NCBI RefSeq assembly: GCF_018977255.1 | Contig: NW_024704742.1 | Span: 24,864,001-24,928,000 of the forward strand | Reading direction: 5' to 3' | Source: Callorhinchus milii | Lineage: Eukaryota | DNA length: 64,000 bases | In this document: positions 1 to 11,666 of the stretch, piece after piece | How the letters are laid out: each line of letters begins with the position of its first letter | How positions within the stretch are numbered: position 1 is the first letter of the stretch | The notes under the pieces: generated by a model | What the model saw: the letters and a program-made list of their open reading frames with translations, nothing else | The model's database searches: none | Told to the model about the DNA's origin: nothing | Program-made: the position numbers and the translations under genes

Positions 1-19
1 TTTAAAAAGAGATAGCCCC

Positions 20-460
20 ACAACAAGAAAGATTTATGTTTAAATTGTACCTTTTGTGTTGGAAGAATGTCACAAAATTGACTGGATGCCCAAGGTGTCC
101 AGAGGGAGGAGAGCTGAGGACAATGGTGGTGGGGGCTGGGGTGGGGGGAGATCGGGGGAGAGGGAAAGGAAAAGGTGACCCAAAGTGCTGTTGAAATGAT
201 AGATATTAAGGCGGACCTTGAAGGTGGGTGGGAAGCGACAAGGTGAAGGGGTTCCACAGGTCAATGGTGGGTCGGATTGAGGTGAGTGACATTCACTGAG
301 TGGGGTGAGCGATTGGGGCAGAAATTTTGCAGGTGGACACTGAGGTAGGGAAGGTTGTGGCCCATGGGGGGATTTGAATGCGAGGATGAGGATCTTGAGT
401 TTGATCCACTGGGAGATGGGGAGATAGTGGAGTTGTAAATAAAAGGAAAGGGTTAGATGG
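20..460 (-). mobile_element. Old L2-type LINE 3' fragment
   Basis: LHYLPISQWIKLKILILAFKSPHG...FKVRL similarity to the other copies. Confidence 0.65.
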
Positions 461-889
461 CGCCTCATACAATTGTAGGGTTCACATGAATGGAAATCTG
501 TAAAGTGATTATAATTTGACTACAGAATGGTTAGTTCCAAGTTCCATGAAATTGTCATCTGGGTGAAGATGCAGAGTGTCAGTCATGATAAATCCCATTT
601 ACCAAGCCTTTTGTAAATCTCACAATTTAAACCTATTATGTGTAAGTAAATCACTGCAGTTGATGCATGTAATTGCGATCAAAATGGCAAACACCTCTAA
701 TCTATCGCCCCAGAAAAGAAAGTTAGCCAGACTTTCTTGGGAGAATATAATGCTTTTTTAATGTCTCAAAAGCTACAAGCATTGCCTGCTGTATTACCAG
801 GGAATCTTTTACACTGTGAGGGCTAATAATTTAATTTAATTATTTACTATTTTGCTTAGTATCTACATTAATCTGATCCCAATAGAGTA

Positions 890-1574
890 CAGTCCTACCC
901 ACTTATCTCAAACTCCTTTATGTCCACATCCCACTTATATCAACAAAAAAGTGAAGTCCCGATCCCTACTCCATACATTAACACTAAAATCTAATTGTCT
1001 ATATTGACGTACTGTCTCTGGCACACTTATGTTTGACAAATGGTTAGGTCCCTAACAACAACAACAACAAATTAAATTTGTATAGTGTCTTTCATGTCAG
1101 GAGGACATGAAAGGCATTGTATTAAAGGCATTGTTCTATTAGAATAATTTGGTCACTCAATCCACTTCTATTTGTGGGATACTACTGTGCACAATTGGCT
1201 GCTGAGTTTGCCCACAAAACATACAGTCAATTCACTTTACAGTAGATTGTGTGAAGCGCTTTGAGATGTCTAAAAGACGTGATAAGATGCTATATCAAAT
1301 GCAAGGATTATTACTATTATTACCACTTATGGCGACAGTGTACTCTTAATGAACTTTTGTTTTGCTTGCTTGACTATTTTTGGAAATAAGGTAATGAAAA
1401 CACATGTAAACAAATGGTTCGGGAATTTTAATTAAATGTATGACATTTTAAAATAAATCAATGTAAATACAGGGTTCAGAAATTTTAATCACAGAACACC
1501 TATTGCCTGCTTGTGACCCTCTATGTTGACAAACTCAAATGATCCATGATGTGTTGACATAAGTAGATAGACTG
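890..1574. mobile_element. Older Tigger-like MITE in an FGB intron
   Basis: Imperfect TIRs CAGTCCTACCCACTTATCTCAA / TTGACATAAGTAGATAGACTG with TA flanks; nested L2 tail and SINE tail (about 1054-1321). Confidence 0.7.
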
Positions 1575-2454
1575 TATCAATTTTAAACGTCTCCCTTTCA
1601 TCTGAAATAAATGGAAAACCATGTCCTACGAGTGTCTAGTGCGTCCACAGCTCACTGCACTCAAATGCTGCAGTTATTACCAGAATTGCAATCATGTGTT
1701 CACTCTTATCTGAACACTTAACTCCATATACATAGACAGACAGAGACAATAAACTTGCATTTGTTACATTCAATACAGCAACTTATGATGTAGAAAGACC
1801 TTAAAGTACTTCAAAATATGAGTAACTTTGGAAATTGTTGCGAAGGGGCACACAGCACCTCGTCTGCAGCAATAATATCCCACAAACAACAACAGGATGA
1901 AGAAAGCATTCATCTTGAGGTTTTCTTTAGTGGATCTGTAGCAGGGAAAGATTGTAGGCCTGGAAAACTCACTGCTCCTCAAATTTCAATGTGGGGTTTT
2001 AATATGTACCTGGACCAGCAAGCAGTCCTTGGTTTATTGTCAAATTGATGGTTTATGTTTTACTTCTTGTTTTCCCTCCAGACATCATTCAGTGATGAAT
2101 GCCAGGTTTTCAAACATTATCTTATAATAATAATCCTTCCATTTGGTACATGTAATAATAATCCTTTCATGTCAGGAGAACATCCCAAAGCACTTCCCAG
2201 GATATACTGTCAAGTGGAGTGTCTATGTATTTTGTCTGTTGAACACAGCCAATTTAAGCACAGCAGTGTCCCACAAACAGCCATGGAATGACTGACCAAT
2301 TTTATTCACTTTAACAGGAGGGATATTTAGATTTTGAAATCTATTGAACTAGAATTTGAAATGTACAAAACATAATCAGGAAATGAGAAGTGATGTGCTG
2401 TCTTCAAATCAAATATTTTTTCCAAGCATTGTTCATTGCATAACTTCTCTACAG

Positions 2455-2740
2455 GAGAATATTGGCTCGGAAACGATCGGATCAGCCGACTGACCAAATT
2501 GCGAGATTCAGAGCTTCTCTTTGAGATGAGTGACTGGAAAGACAATAAAGTGACAGCTAGCTACAGAAAGTTTTTAGTACAGAATGAAGTTGGCAAATAC
2601 CGACTGACTGTAGATGGTTACTCAGGCACGGCTGGTAATACGCTGATGGATGGAGCAAAAACGCTGTATGGCTATAATAGAACCATGACTATCCACAAGG
2701 ACATGATGTTCAGCACATTTGACCGAGACAATGACGGCTG
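2455..2740 (+). CDS. FGB: Fibrinogen beta chain, penultimate exon (exon 7 equivalent); upstream exons lie outside the window
   Basis: AG at 2453-54, GT at 2741. Encodes [14 protein letters not shown]...[23 protein letters not shown], collinear with B-beta exon 7 and keeping the NRT glycosylation sequon. Confidence 0.97.
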
Positions 2741-3433
2741 GTAAGTTGAGAAGATCAATCTTCCCTCTTTATGTTCTGCAAACAGTTTATATAAAAATCT
2801 CAGATCTTTCTTGCGTAAAGATGATATTTTCTGTCTGAATATATTTTTCAATTAAAATTTAATTTTAGTAAATGTTGTCAGTTTAAATTTATATTAAGCC
2901 AAACCTGGACACAGGTTGGATTGAGAATGTAAACCTAGAACAATACTTCCGAATGCGCCAAGTAAGTAGAACAAAACGGCGCAGGTTCAGGGTAGCAATT
3001 TGAGGACAGACACCAGGAAGTATTTCTTCACTGAGAGAGTAATTAATGACTATAACAGGTTACTAGGAGGAGTAGAGGCTAGGACCCTGGACTCATTTAA
3101 AAATAAACATCAAAGCTATGATGTGAGGATGATAGGATGAGATTCTGGAAGGATAAAATCAATAACAACAATTACATTTGTATAGCACTTTTCATGTAGG
3201 TAACACTTCCCAAAGTTCTGCCAATTTCAGAATGACAACTTCAGAATGGATTCTTCATCCAAACTAGTCTTGTTTGATCTTGTTTTCCAATGCACTGAAC
3301 TGAATCTTCCTCCTCCCCCTTCCAATATCTCTTGTTTCATTCGTAATGTGTAATTAGGCATTTGATGGTAAATGATTACATCCGACTATCTTCAATACTA
3401 ATTAGGTAACTTGTTTGTTTTAACCTTTAACAG

Positions 3434-3701
3434 GATTCCTGGAGATGTAACCAAACAGTGTGCAAGAGAGGATGGTGGTGGCTGGTGGTATAACCGCTGT
3501 CACTCAGCAAATCCAAATGGCCGATACTATTGGGGTGGGGGATACACAAGAGAAATGGCAAAACATGGCACAGACGATGGGATTGTGTGGATGGACTGGA
3601 AAGGGTCGTGGTATTCTTTGAAAAAGATGAGCATGAAAATCCGAACATATCTGGATCCATCAGCTCATGGGATGATTCAACAGTCTCAATCTTTCCAGTA
3701 G
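3434..3701 (+). CDS. FGB: Fibrinogen beta chain, terminal exon
   Basis: AG at 3432-33; the phase-2 join restores Trp. Encodes [29 protein letters not shown]...[29 protein letters not shown] (hole-b residues ED and DD intact). TAG at 3699-3701. Confidence 0.97.
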
Positions 3702-3730
3702 AAAGAACATTTTAAAATGTTGCCAACAAT

Positions 3731-3736
3731 AATAAA
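3731..3736 (+). promoter_or_regulatory. Candidate FGB polyadenylation signal
   Basis: AATAAA 30 nt after the stop, followed by T/GT-rich sequence. Confidence 0.6.
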
Positions 3737-4141
3737 CAATGCAAAGCTTTCAAACTATTATTGTGTTGCACTTTTATTCGAAATCTGTCATGATATCATA
3801 GTAATCCTTCCATTTGATGTAGCCAACGTCATCAAATCAGCTAAAGTGCTTCACAAGTAATTGCTGTGACATCTGGTGTTTTTATGTGTAGGTGAGAGCA
3901 GCAGCCAATTTGCACACAACCACAGTTCACAAACATCTATGAAATGAATACCCAATTTTATCTGGAAGATCGTCAGCCAGGTCGCCAGGTGAAACTCCCT
4001 TCTCTTTTCAAAGAGTATCATATGATTTTTAACACCTGCCTGAACATATAGATTAGGCTTCAACTTAACATCTCATCTGAAGGATGGCACCTCTGAAATG
4101 CTGTGCTCCCACTACATTACAATGAAGCATTAAGCCTAGAC

Positions 4142-4319
4142 CAGTGTTGGCCAACCTATTCTCTGGACCGCGGAACATTCACACGAGTCTAGGTTTAAAA
4201 GCAATAGTGTGTTTCCAGTTTTTTTTGATTGACTATTTCTTGATTTATGTGATAAATCACACAGTATTCCATGAAGAATATTAATTTTGTTCGCCGACCA
4301 AAAGGTTGGCCATCACATG
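4142..4319. mobile_element. hAT (Charlie-like) MITE inserted in a Deu-SINE
   Basis: TIRs CAGTGTTGGCCAACCT / AGGTTGGCCATCACATG; both flanks contain TAGAC (degenerate 8-bp TSD); a related end lies at about 51131-51170. Confidence 0.65.
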
Positions 4320-5871
4320 TGTAGACCATGATCTCAAAGACCCAACATGCAGCTTGAACTGACAAATTTTTCACCCAGACGTAAGAGTGCTTTTAATTGA
4401 ACCAGAGTAACCATTAATAATGAATGATCGAATAATTAATTTGCGATGCAAACAAGTGCTCATTACCTGGAAAAAGTTCCAATATGACCTACTAAATAGA
4501 TACTCAGGTATTCATTAAAACAGAAATTTCTTTTTGCAGTGGAATGGAACATCTGTATTTCTCAAACCAGGCCCTTTCTCTTCCTTCACACCCTGCAGCA
4601 CTACCCAACATTTTAAGGCACATTAATAAATGACAACATTGATGCAAAAAATGTATAACCAGGACATGTACACACACACAAAATAGTCCCCAGAGTTTAA
4701 CTTTCATATGATCCATTCAGAGGATCCTCAACTGATCATCTCCTTACAGAGTTTCTCAATGTTGGAAATAAAAGAGAAGTTGGGTAATGGGCAATATAGG
4801 GAAAAAGTCCACAATCCATAATTAGTTTATAAACTCTAGATGTCTACGTACTAATGATATGATGTATTATTTGTACAAAGCATAAATTACTCCAAATTGT
4901 ATTGCAGCGCAGACCCCCTGAGCCAGGAAGAAATGGACACACATGGAGAAGCTCACTATAACACAGGTTTAATCTCAGGGGAGGGGAAACCTGGAACAGT
5001 GCAATCGCTATCCTCCGCACTAACTGCTAACCAACCTGAGGCCATCCATGTGGCCTGGGTCTCATGTCTTTGGCAGTGAGCCAAGCCAGGGTCTCATAAG
5101 AACATAAGAATTGCTAGACGAAAGAAGACCAAGGTCCATCCAGTTTGCCTTTCACCATCCTGGCAGTTGCATGCACATATCATGTCCGAAATTATATTGT
5201 GCATCCCGGGATATTATTTCCCAACAGATCTCCACCTTTCTTAGTCCATCCCTGGCACATAGAAAAAGATGCAGACATCAGCATCTCCTTAAGAAGACAT
5301 GGGCTCCACCCTTCAGCCTCTTTGCCATGAGGTTTCCTCACTCACTTCTTTGACCCTCTCAGATTTCAATATAGTGTGTTCACAAAGTCCTGTTGAACCC
5401 ATGGCTTTATTTCTACTGTGCATTGAGCATTGAAACATGTGGAAGAATTATGATGATTGTATTTCGAAGTACTTAAGTGTATTCAGTACAAGCGTTCAAT
5501 GTTTTTGGGGGAGCCACTTTTTGAAATCCTTGCCTTAAAATCACAACGTATATTTTCCATTGTATTTCCAGTTGTTGGACGTTCATGGTCCCAGGTACTG
5601 ACCACAACACGTTCCTTGATGGTATAGTTACTGGTATCAGACATTGTTACATTTGACTCATCTACAGCAGAAAATAAAAATTATTTGTAAGAAAAAAACA
5701 GGGGCTAACAGGACTTTGTAAACACCTTGTACAATACACAATGCATTGTACATTTTATTTCACCTCGGGATGACATCTCAAAGCACTTCACACAGCTGAC
5801 TGGGCACCCAAACCAGGGAGTGGGAGGTCCTGAGGGTCACGGTTACCCTATTTTTGCAATCCTTAGTAACG

Positions 5872-6423
5872 TGTAAATAATATATATATAACTATATAAT
5901 ATTATTTAAGGAAAATGGGGAGGCCTGCCCTTTTCATTAGATTCTGTTTAAGAAACTGCTTGCAAAAGACTTAACGAACAGAGCACATGAGGTGCCCAAG
6001 TTGCAACAACATATAGCATAAGGCTGCTTGATAGACAGGCAGTTAACAAGCAGCCTGGAAAGGAAATAATACTTGGGTGCTCGCGTGGGAAAAAGCCCCT
6101 CGCATTCACTTCATACAGTGGGTGGAGCTACCTGCCTATAAAAGGCAATGCTCAGCGCTCCTCGTGGTCACTAGCTAATGGTCATCACCCGGTACACACT
6201 GGCTGTACAGGACTACTGTACAGTCGGGTTGGTTGAAACCACTTTACTAAAGTAATATTGTGCTGCTGGTTGTATAGTTATGTGTGTTGGTTATACTGGA
6301 TCCCATTGTTGTTTATCTTAAATTGTATCTTTCTTCTATCTATTATATACTAATAAAACAACAATATATGTTTGCGCCTCAAGAAGGATCTCAATAACCA
6401 ATTGACTATAGACACGATTTATA
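5872..6423 (+). mobile_element. Possible solo LTR
   Basis: TGTAAAT...ATTTATA near-inverted ends, TATAAAA at about 6137, AATAAA at about 6352; no convincing TSD. Confidence 0.35.
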
Positions 6424-6699
6424 CCTCATCAGAAAGGTATTGCAACTGGGAGTGACATGGGCATATTTGCTTTTTGGTATCTCCTATAGTTCATGAGTCA
6501 TTTTCAGTTTTGAGTTTTGCACCGCAGTTACACCTGGTGGACGCCGAGTTAAAGTGGCACTATGGCATTGTGCACCACAGAGCACCTACGTATGTATGTA
6601 CATACTGCAGTTACACCTGGTGCCGTGCCAGCTGCCCATGGCGGTGTGGCATTATCCATCACAGAGCACATACGTAGCCAAGGGACGGGAACAAAATAA

Positions 6700-7350
6700 G
6701 AACAACAATACAATTACATTTGTATAGCGCCTTTCACATTGGGAGGACATCCCAAGATGCTGGACAATCAGTGTTTCGGACCTGAGCTAGGGGATGGGAT
6801 CGGAGTGGGTGGAGAGCAGGGGGGGAATGAGGGAGACCGAAGGCATGGTTAAAGAGGAGGGTCTTGAGCTTGAGGCGGGTTTTGAAGGAGGCAAGGGTGG
6901 AGCTTCAGAGAATGGGAGCAGAGTGGCAGAAGGCCAGCCTGACAAAGGTAGGACGAGTGAGGCGGGGTACATGAAGCAGGCTGGAACCCGTTGAGCGGAA
7001 GGAGTGGGCAGGTTGGTAGGGAGTTAGAAGGTCGCAGAGGTAGGGGGGAGCAAGGCCATGAAGGGCTTTGAAGGTGAGGACCAGGGTCTTGAACCATATC
7101 CTCTGTGTGATGGGAAGCCAGAAGAGTTGGGTGAGGATGGGAGTGATGGGGTCGTGGAGCCTGGTTCGGGAGAGGACATGGGCTGCAAATTCTGGATGCT
7201 TGTGGAGGGAGGAGTTGGGGAGGCCAACAAGCAGGGAATTTCCATAGTTGAGCCTGGATGTTATGAATGCATGTATGAAGGTCTCGGTGGCCTGTGGTGT
7301 GAGACAGTGGCAGAGGCAGTTGATGTTGTGAACGTGGGGGAAGACAGAAT
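6700..7350 (-). mobile_element. L2-type LINE 3' fragment
   Basis: ETFIHAFITSRLNYGNSLLVGLP...PITPILTQLFWLPI...FKALHGLAPPYL; (TTG)-rich tail at about 6705. Confidence 0.88.
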
Positions 7351-7769
7351 GAGACATAGCACAGATATGGGCTAGAAAGGCTGTCAACATCATAGTTCTG
7401 GCAGTACGAGCGGACTACGATTAGACATTCCAGTTACCGGGCATTGGAGTTAACTGGGAATGCCAGTCTGAGTGTCTAATTCTGACTCAGTTGAGCCACC
7501 TTCGAACAGGGATTCACACTGACAGGGTTAGGAAAGAACAGATGCCATTTATTACGAAAACATTACTAAAATTCACATATACATCAAGGAGTGAGAACAA
7601 GGAGTGAGCTTTGAAAGTGAGGGAGGGAGGTGGTGCGACGGAGGTTTGGATGGACTTCCAGAAATCCAATTATACAGCATATTAACCCCCCCGCCACACA
7701 CACACATACACATATCACACACATATATAGTTCATAGTGTCAAATTGTATAATGTATCAGGTTGGCTCA

Positions 7770-8673
7770 GTTGATGTCGGAGGTCAAGTCCTGGATGAGG
7801 GCAAATTTCCTACAGTTGAATGTGAACAAGACAGAGGCCCTCCTGATTGATTCGCGCCAGTGCCTCGGCACCTCAGGCTCTGGCAACATCAACCTCCATG
7901 GTTGCACACTTCAACTCACCAAGCCAGTCAGGAACCTAGGTGTCTTGTTCGACCCTCAACTGTCTTTTCTTCCCCACATCCAAGCCATGACCCGCTCTGC
8001 TTCTCCTCACCTCCGTAACATCGCCCGACTCCGCCACTACCTCACCCCTCAGGCCGCTGAAACTCTTGTTCATACCTTCATCACATCCAGGCTCGACTAT
8101 GCAAACGTCCTGCTTGTCGGCCTTCCCAACTCCTCCCTCCACAGGCTGCAGCTAATCCAGAACTCTGCAGCCTGTGTCCTCTCCCGCACCAAACTCCATG
8201 ACCCCATCTCCCCCACTCTTGCCCGACTCCATTGCTCCCTATCCTTCAGAGGATCCAGTTCAAGATCCTGGTCCTCACCTACAAAGCCCTCTATGGTCTC
8301 GCCCCACCCTACCTCTGCGACCTCCAAACTCGCTACCAATCTGCCCGCTCCCTCCGCTCAGCCGGCTCCGGCCTGCTCCATGTCCCCCACCCACCTGCCC
8401 CACCATTGGCGGGAGAGCCTTCAGCCACTCTGCCCCAACTTCTGGAATTCCATCCACCAATCACTCCACCTCGGCCCCTCCTTAGCCTCCTTCAAGTCCC
8501 ACCTTAAGACCCTCCTCTTCGACCATGCCATCGGCCACCCTCCTTCCCCTCCCCTCCCTTAACCCCCCCAACCCCAGCTCTGGTCTGAAATGCTGTACTC
8601 TGTCCAGTGCCTTGGGACGTCCTCCCGACGTGAAAGGCGCTATACAAATGTAATCTTGTTGTTGTTGTTGTTG
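7770..8673 (+). mobile_element. L2-type LINE 3' fragment
   Basis: [15 protein letters not shown]...VRNLGVLFD...SRLDYANVLLVGLP; ends GGCGCTATACAAATGTAATC(TTG)n. Confidence 0.92.
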
Positions 8674-11487
8674 ATAGCATTCTCACGACTGACACAGCAG
8701 GTTATCAGTTCAGTTTTAAATTGAAAAAACGTTTCTTTGCAGTTCTTAAAACGGCTAAGCAGCATTTCAGGCTCGGAAGTCTCTTTTGATGTTTCCTTCG
8801 CCCTGCAAAGAGGCATATAGATTTTGTTCTGTAAGATCTTCTGATAGCTTGGTTTGAGATGGGAAATCACAGTGAGGTGAGCAGCCAGCATGAACCCACT
8901 TGCAGCCACTCCCCAGTCAGTGTTTTTCCACAACAATTGCCTCACCATTTCACCATATTTGACTTTCCCATACAGACTAGTTTGAAACAGCACCACAAAA
9001 TCTAAACCTAAAAAGTCATAGTGTTTTTTTTAAAAACAGTAAAAAGCATTAAAATAACTCAAGAACCTTAAGACCTCTTTATCACAGCTCTCGATATTAA
9101 TAGATATATAATAGATAATATATTAATAACAATACATTGTTCTGACTTGTTTCATTTTTCAGTTTACTTTCACCTCTGCCTGTAAGTATGCAAGGCAATA
9201 CACTTTACAGTAAAATCCTGCGAAGCGCTTTGAGACGTTTCAACAATATAAGGGTCTATATCAATTGCAAGGGTTATTATATAATGGTTGTATCTTACTT
9301 GGAAGCAAATTAAGTTTGAGGTTGCACTTTTCAACCTGTACACACAGGTTTGCTGATGTTTTTAGATCACTATTTCCCAGCAAGCTGTGCAAAAATAATT
9401 TAGATCAAAATTTCTTTCTCTAAATTTTTCTTGAAAGTAACTGTGTAGGTCGGAAGCCTTAAGAAGCTCGCTATCAGTCATTGACCAATGCAGCACAAAC
9501 ATTGAAAGTTCAGTGAATTTTACCTTGAGATATCAAGAACATTTATTAGATGTAACTCAGTCTTGCTGAATATCCTCTGTTTTTACAGCTGGGCATGAAA
9601 GTAGTAGCACAGAGACAGAAAAAAGCAAACACTCAATCCATGACTGCTTATGGGACACTGCTGTGCGGAATTGACTGCTGCGTTTCGCCCACAAAGTGTA
9701 GAGTCAATACACTTTACAGTATATTCTGTAAAGCACTTTGAGACGTCTTGAAGATGTGATAAGGCGTTATATCAAATGCAAGGATTATTATTATGCTTGC
9801 GCCAGCTCTCTGAAGGAGCATCTCATTTGAGATAGTCATTAATGTCTAATTGTGATTATTGACCATTGGCAAAGTGAGGATAAAGGTTGGAGGGCAACTC
9901 AACAGTGAATATCCTCTATGGACCTTTCTTTTTGTACTTCATGGCCTTTCAAATAAATACAATTAACCATTTAGCTTGCCAGGAAGCAGCAAACCTGTGA
10001 ATACAGGTGTAGGTACTGTCTCAAACATAATTATTAATTACTCTCTTGAATATCATAAATGAGATAGTTTTTGATATTTCCAAGATCGGCGTTAATCCAT
10101 CAAATCCCATTTGCAAAGATGCCTTTCGCCCACTATTTATACAATCAATTCACTTTACATTATATTCTGTGAAGCGCTTTGAGATTTCTCAATGATGTGA
10201 TAAAGCGCTATACCAAATGCAAGGAATCTTATTTTTATTACAAATAGGATTTATTGTGTTTAACACTTGGACACATTAATATACAACATTGACTTATCAT
10301 TCAATGACATTGAAAAAATACAAAAGCTGTAAGATGTGTCAGATAATTGTCTCAAACAGCACATTTACTGCTGGAAGGATGAATTCAGGTCAGTTCTCTG
10401 CACGGAAAATGCTTCAAAAATTGCAGTTATTAATATCCCCAAATCTTAAGACGCAGAGAAAAGTGAGAAAAAATGTTTTTCTATTTGGAAAAATAGAATT
10501 TAGGCATGTAGTTTCCAGTTTAGAAATTTCCAGACAGGTCTACACAAATAGTGTCTCAAACTGGATGAATAACAGTAGCAGCAACATTCACATCATTGAG
10601 ATATAATGTAAAGTGATGCATTTGTGTGTATTTTGCGTCCGCCAACTTCAATCACGGTGTGGTGTGTACAGTATAATTGTTCAACTTATATATGTTCGGG
10701 CTAATCAGATGGTTGCTCCCTAGCAACAACAACTTAAATTTATATAGCACCCCTCACGCAGGTAGCGTCCCAGACAGCAATAGCACGGATCTGAACAGTT
10801 GACGGTCAGTCAGGTAATAGATTTCTGGGAAAATAGTGGTGAAACAACTGATCAAAGCCATGGAGTTGTTTTTGCACTGACCCTGCTCTCTGTTTGTTTG
10901 CTGATCACCATTCTGTGATTATAAACAGCCACAAATATTTGCTGAGGGCTTGGAAGCACCAGAGATAATTAGACTGGACACTGACCATTCGTGATTTAAA
11001 AACAAGGTAACAAAGTTCAATGGATGGCTCAGGAGAAGTGGCCTTGAAACAAGGGAGAAGATAGCAGGGTCAAATTTGTAATGTTTCTTCTCAGGAGTCC
11101 TTCATAACAACTCCAAGTTGCAAATAGGGGCTCTTTCCAATAATTGGAAATGCTTCACCCCAATCCGTGGGAACTCGATTCTGAATGTAAATGGTGTCGG
11201 AGCGGAGCTCCCTCACACGAATTAGTGTGATGTAATTCCCGTTACCGGATGTGCTTCCATATTTTCAACTTGGAATTATTATTCATGACTGTTTGTAGGA
11301 TATTGTTGTGGTCAAAATGGCTGCCGCGTGCGCCCACTATGCGCACAGTTGCTGAACTTTACAGCATATCTTGTGCAACACTTTGTGATGTCCTCCCAAC
11401 ATAAATGACGCTATACCAAATTCAAGGATTATTATTTATCCCAGGGGATGATTTAATCCAGCCACGAACTGAGAAAGAGCGATCCGG

Positions 11488-11666
11488 AGACACAGAGAGA
11501 CACAGATACAGAGACACATGCGGACGGAGAAACACACACAGAAAAACACACAGATACAGAGAGACACAGAGATAGAGAGAGACAAATATAGAAACACACA
11601 CAGACAGCCAGAGAGAGAAGAATACAGAGACACACACAGACACATATAGATACAGAGAGACACACA
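11488..11666. repeat. Compound (GA)n/(CA)n microsatellite
   Basis: Low-complexity GAGACACACAGA runs; the overlapping ORFs are artefacts. Confidence 0.9.

Noticed and set aside
1818..2048. Upstream FGB exon (FGNCC-like text)
   Set aside because: No match to the expected GGWTVIQ...DGSVDFGR exon and no fitting splice sites; that exon is probably before the window.
6522..6676. Imperfect ~85-bp tandem duplication (GCAGTTACACCTGGTG...CACAGAGCAC)
   Set aside because: Only two diverged units and no sign of function; a local duplication.
6700..8673. Fold-back transposon formed by inverted L2 pieces
   Set aside because: The two copies have different truncation points and visible divergence; independent insertions are simpler.
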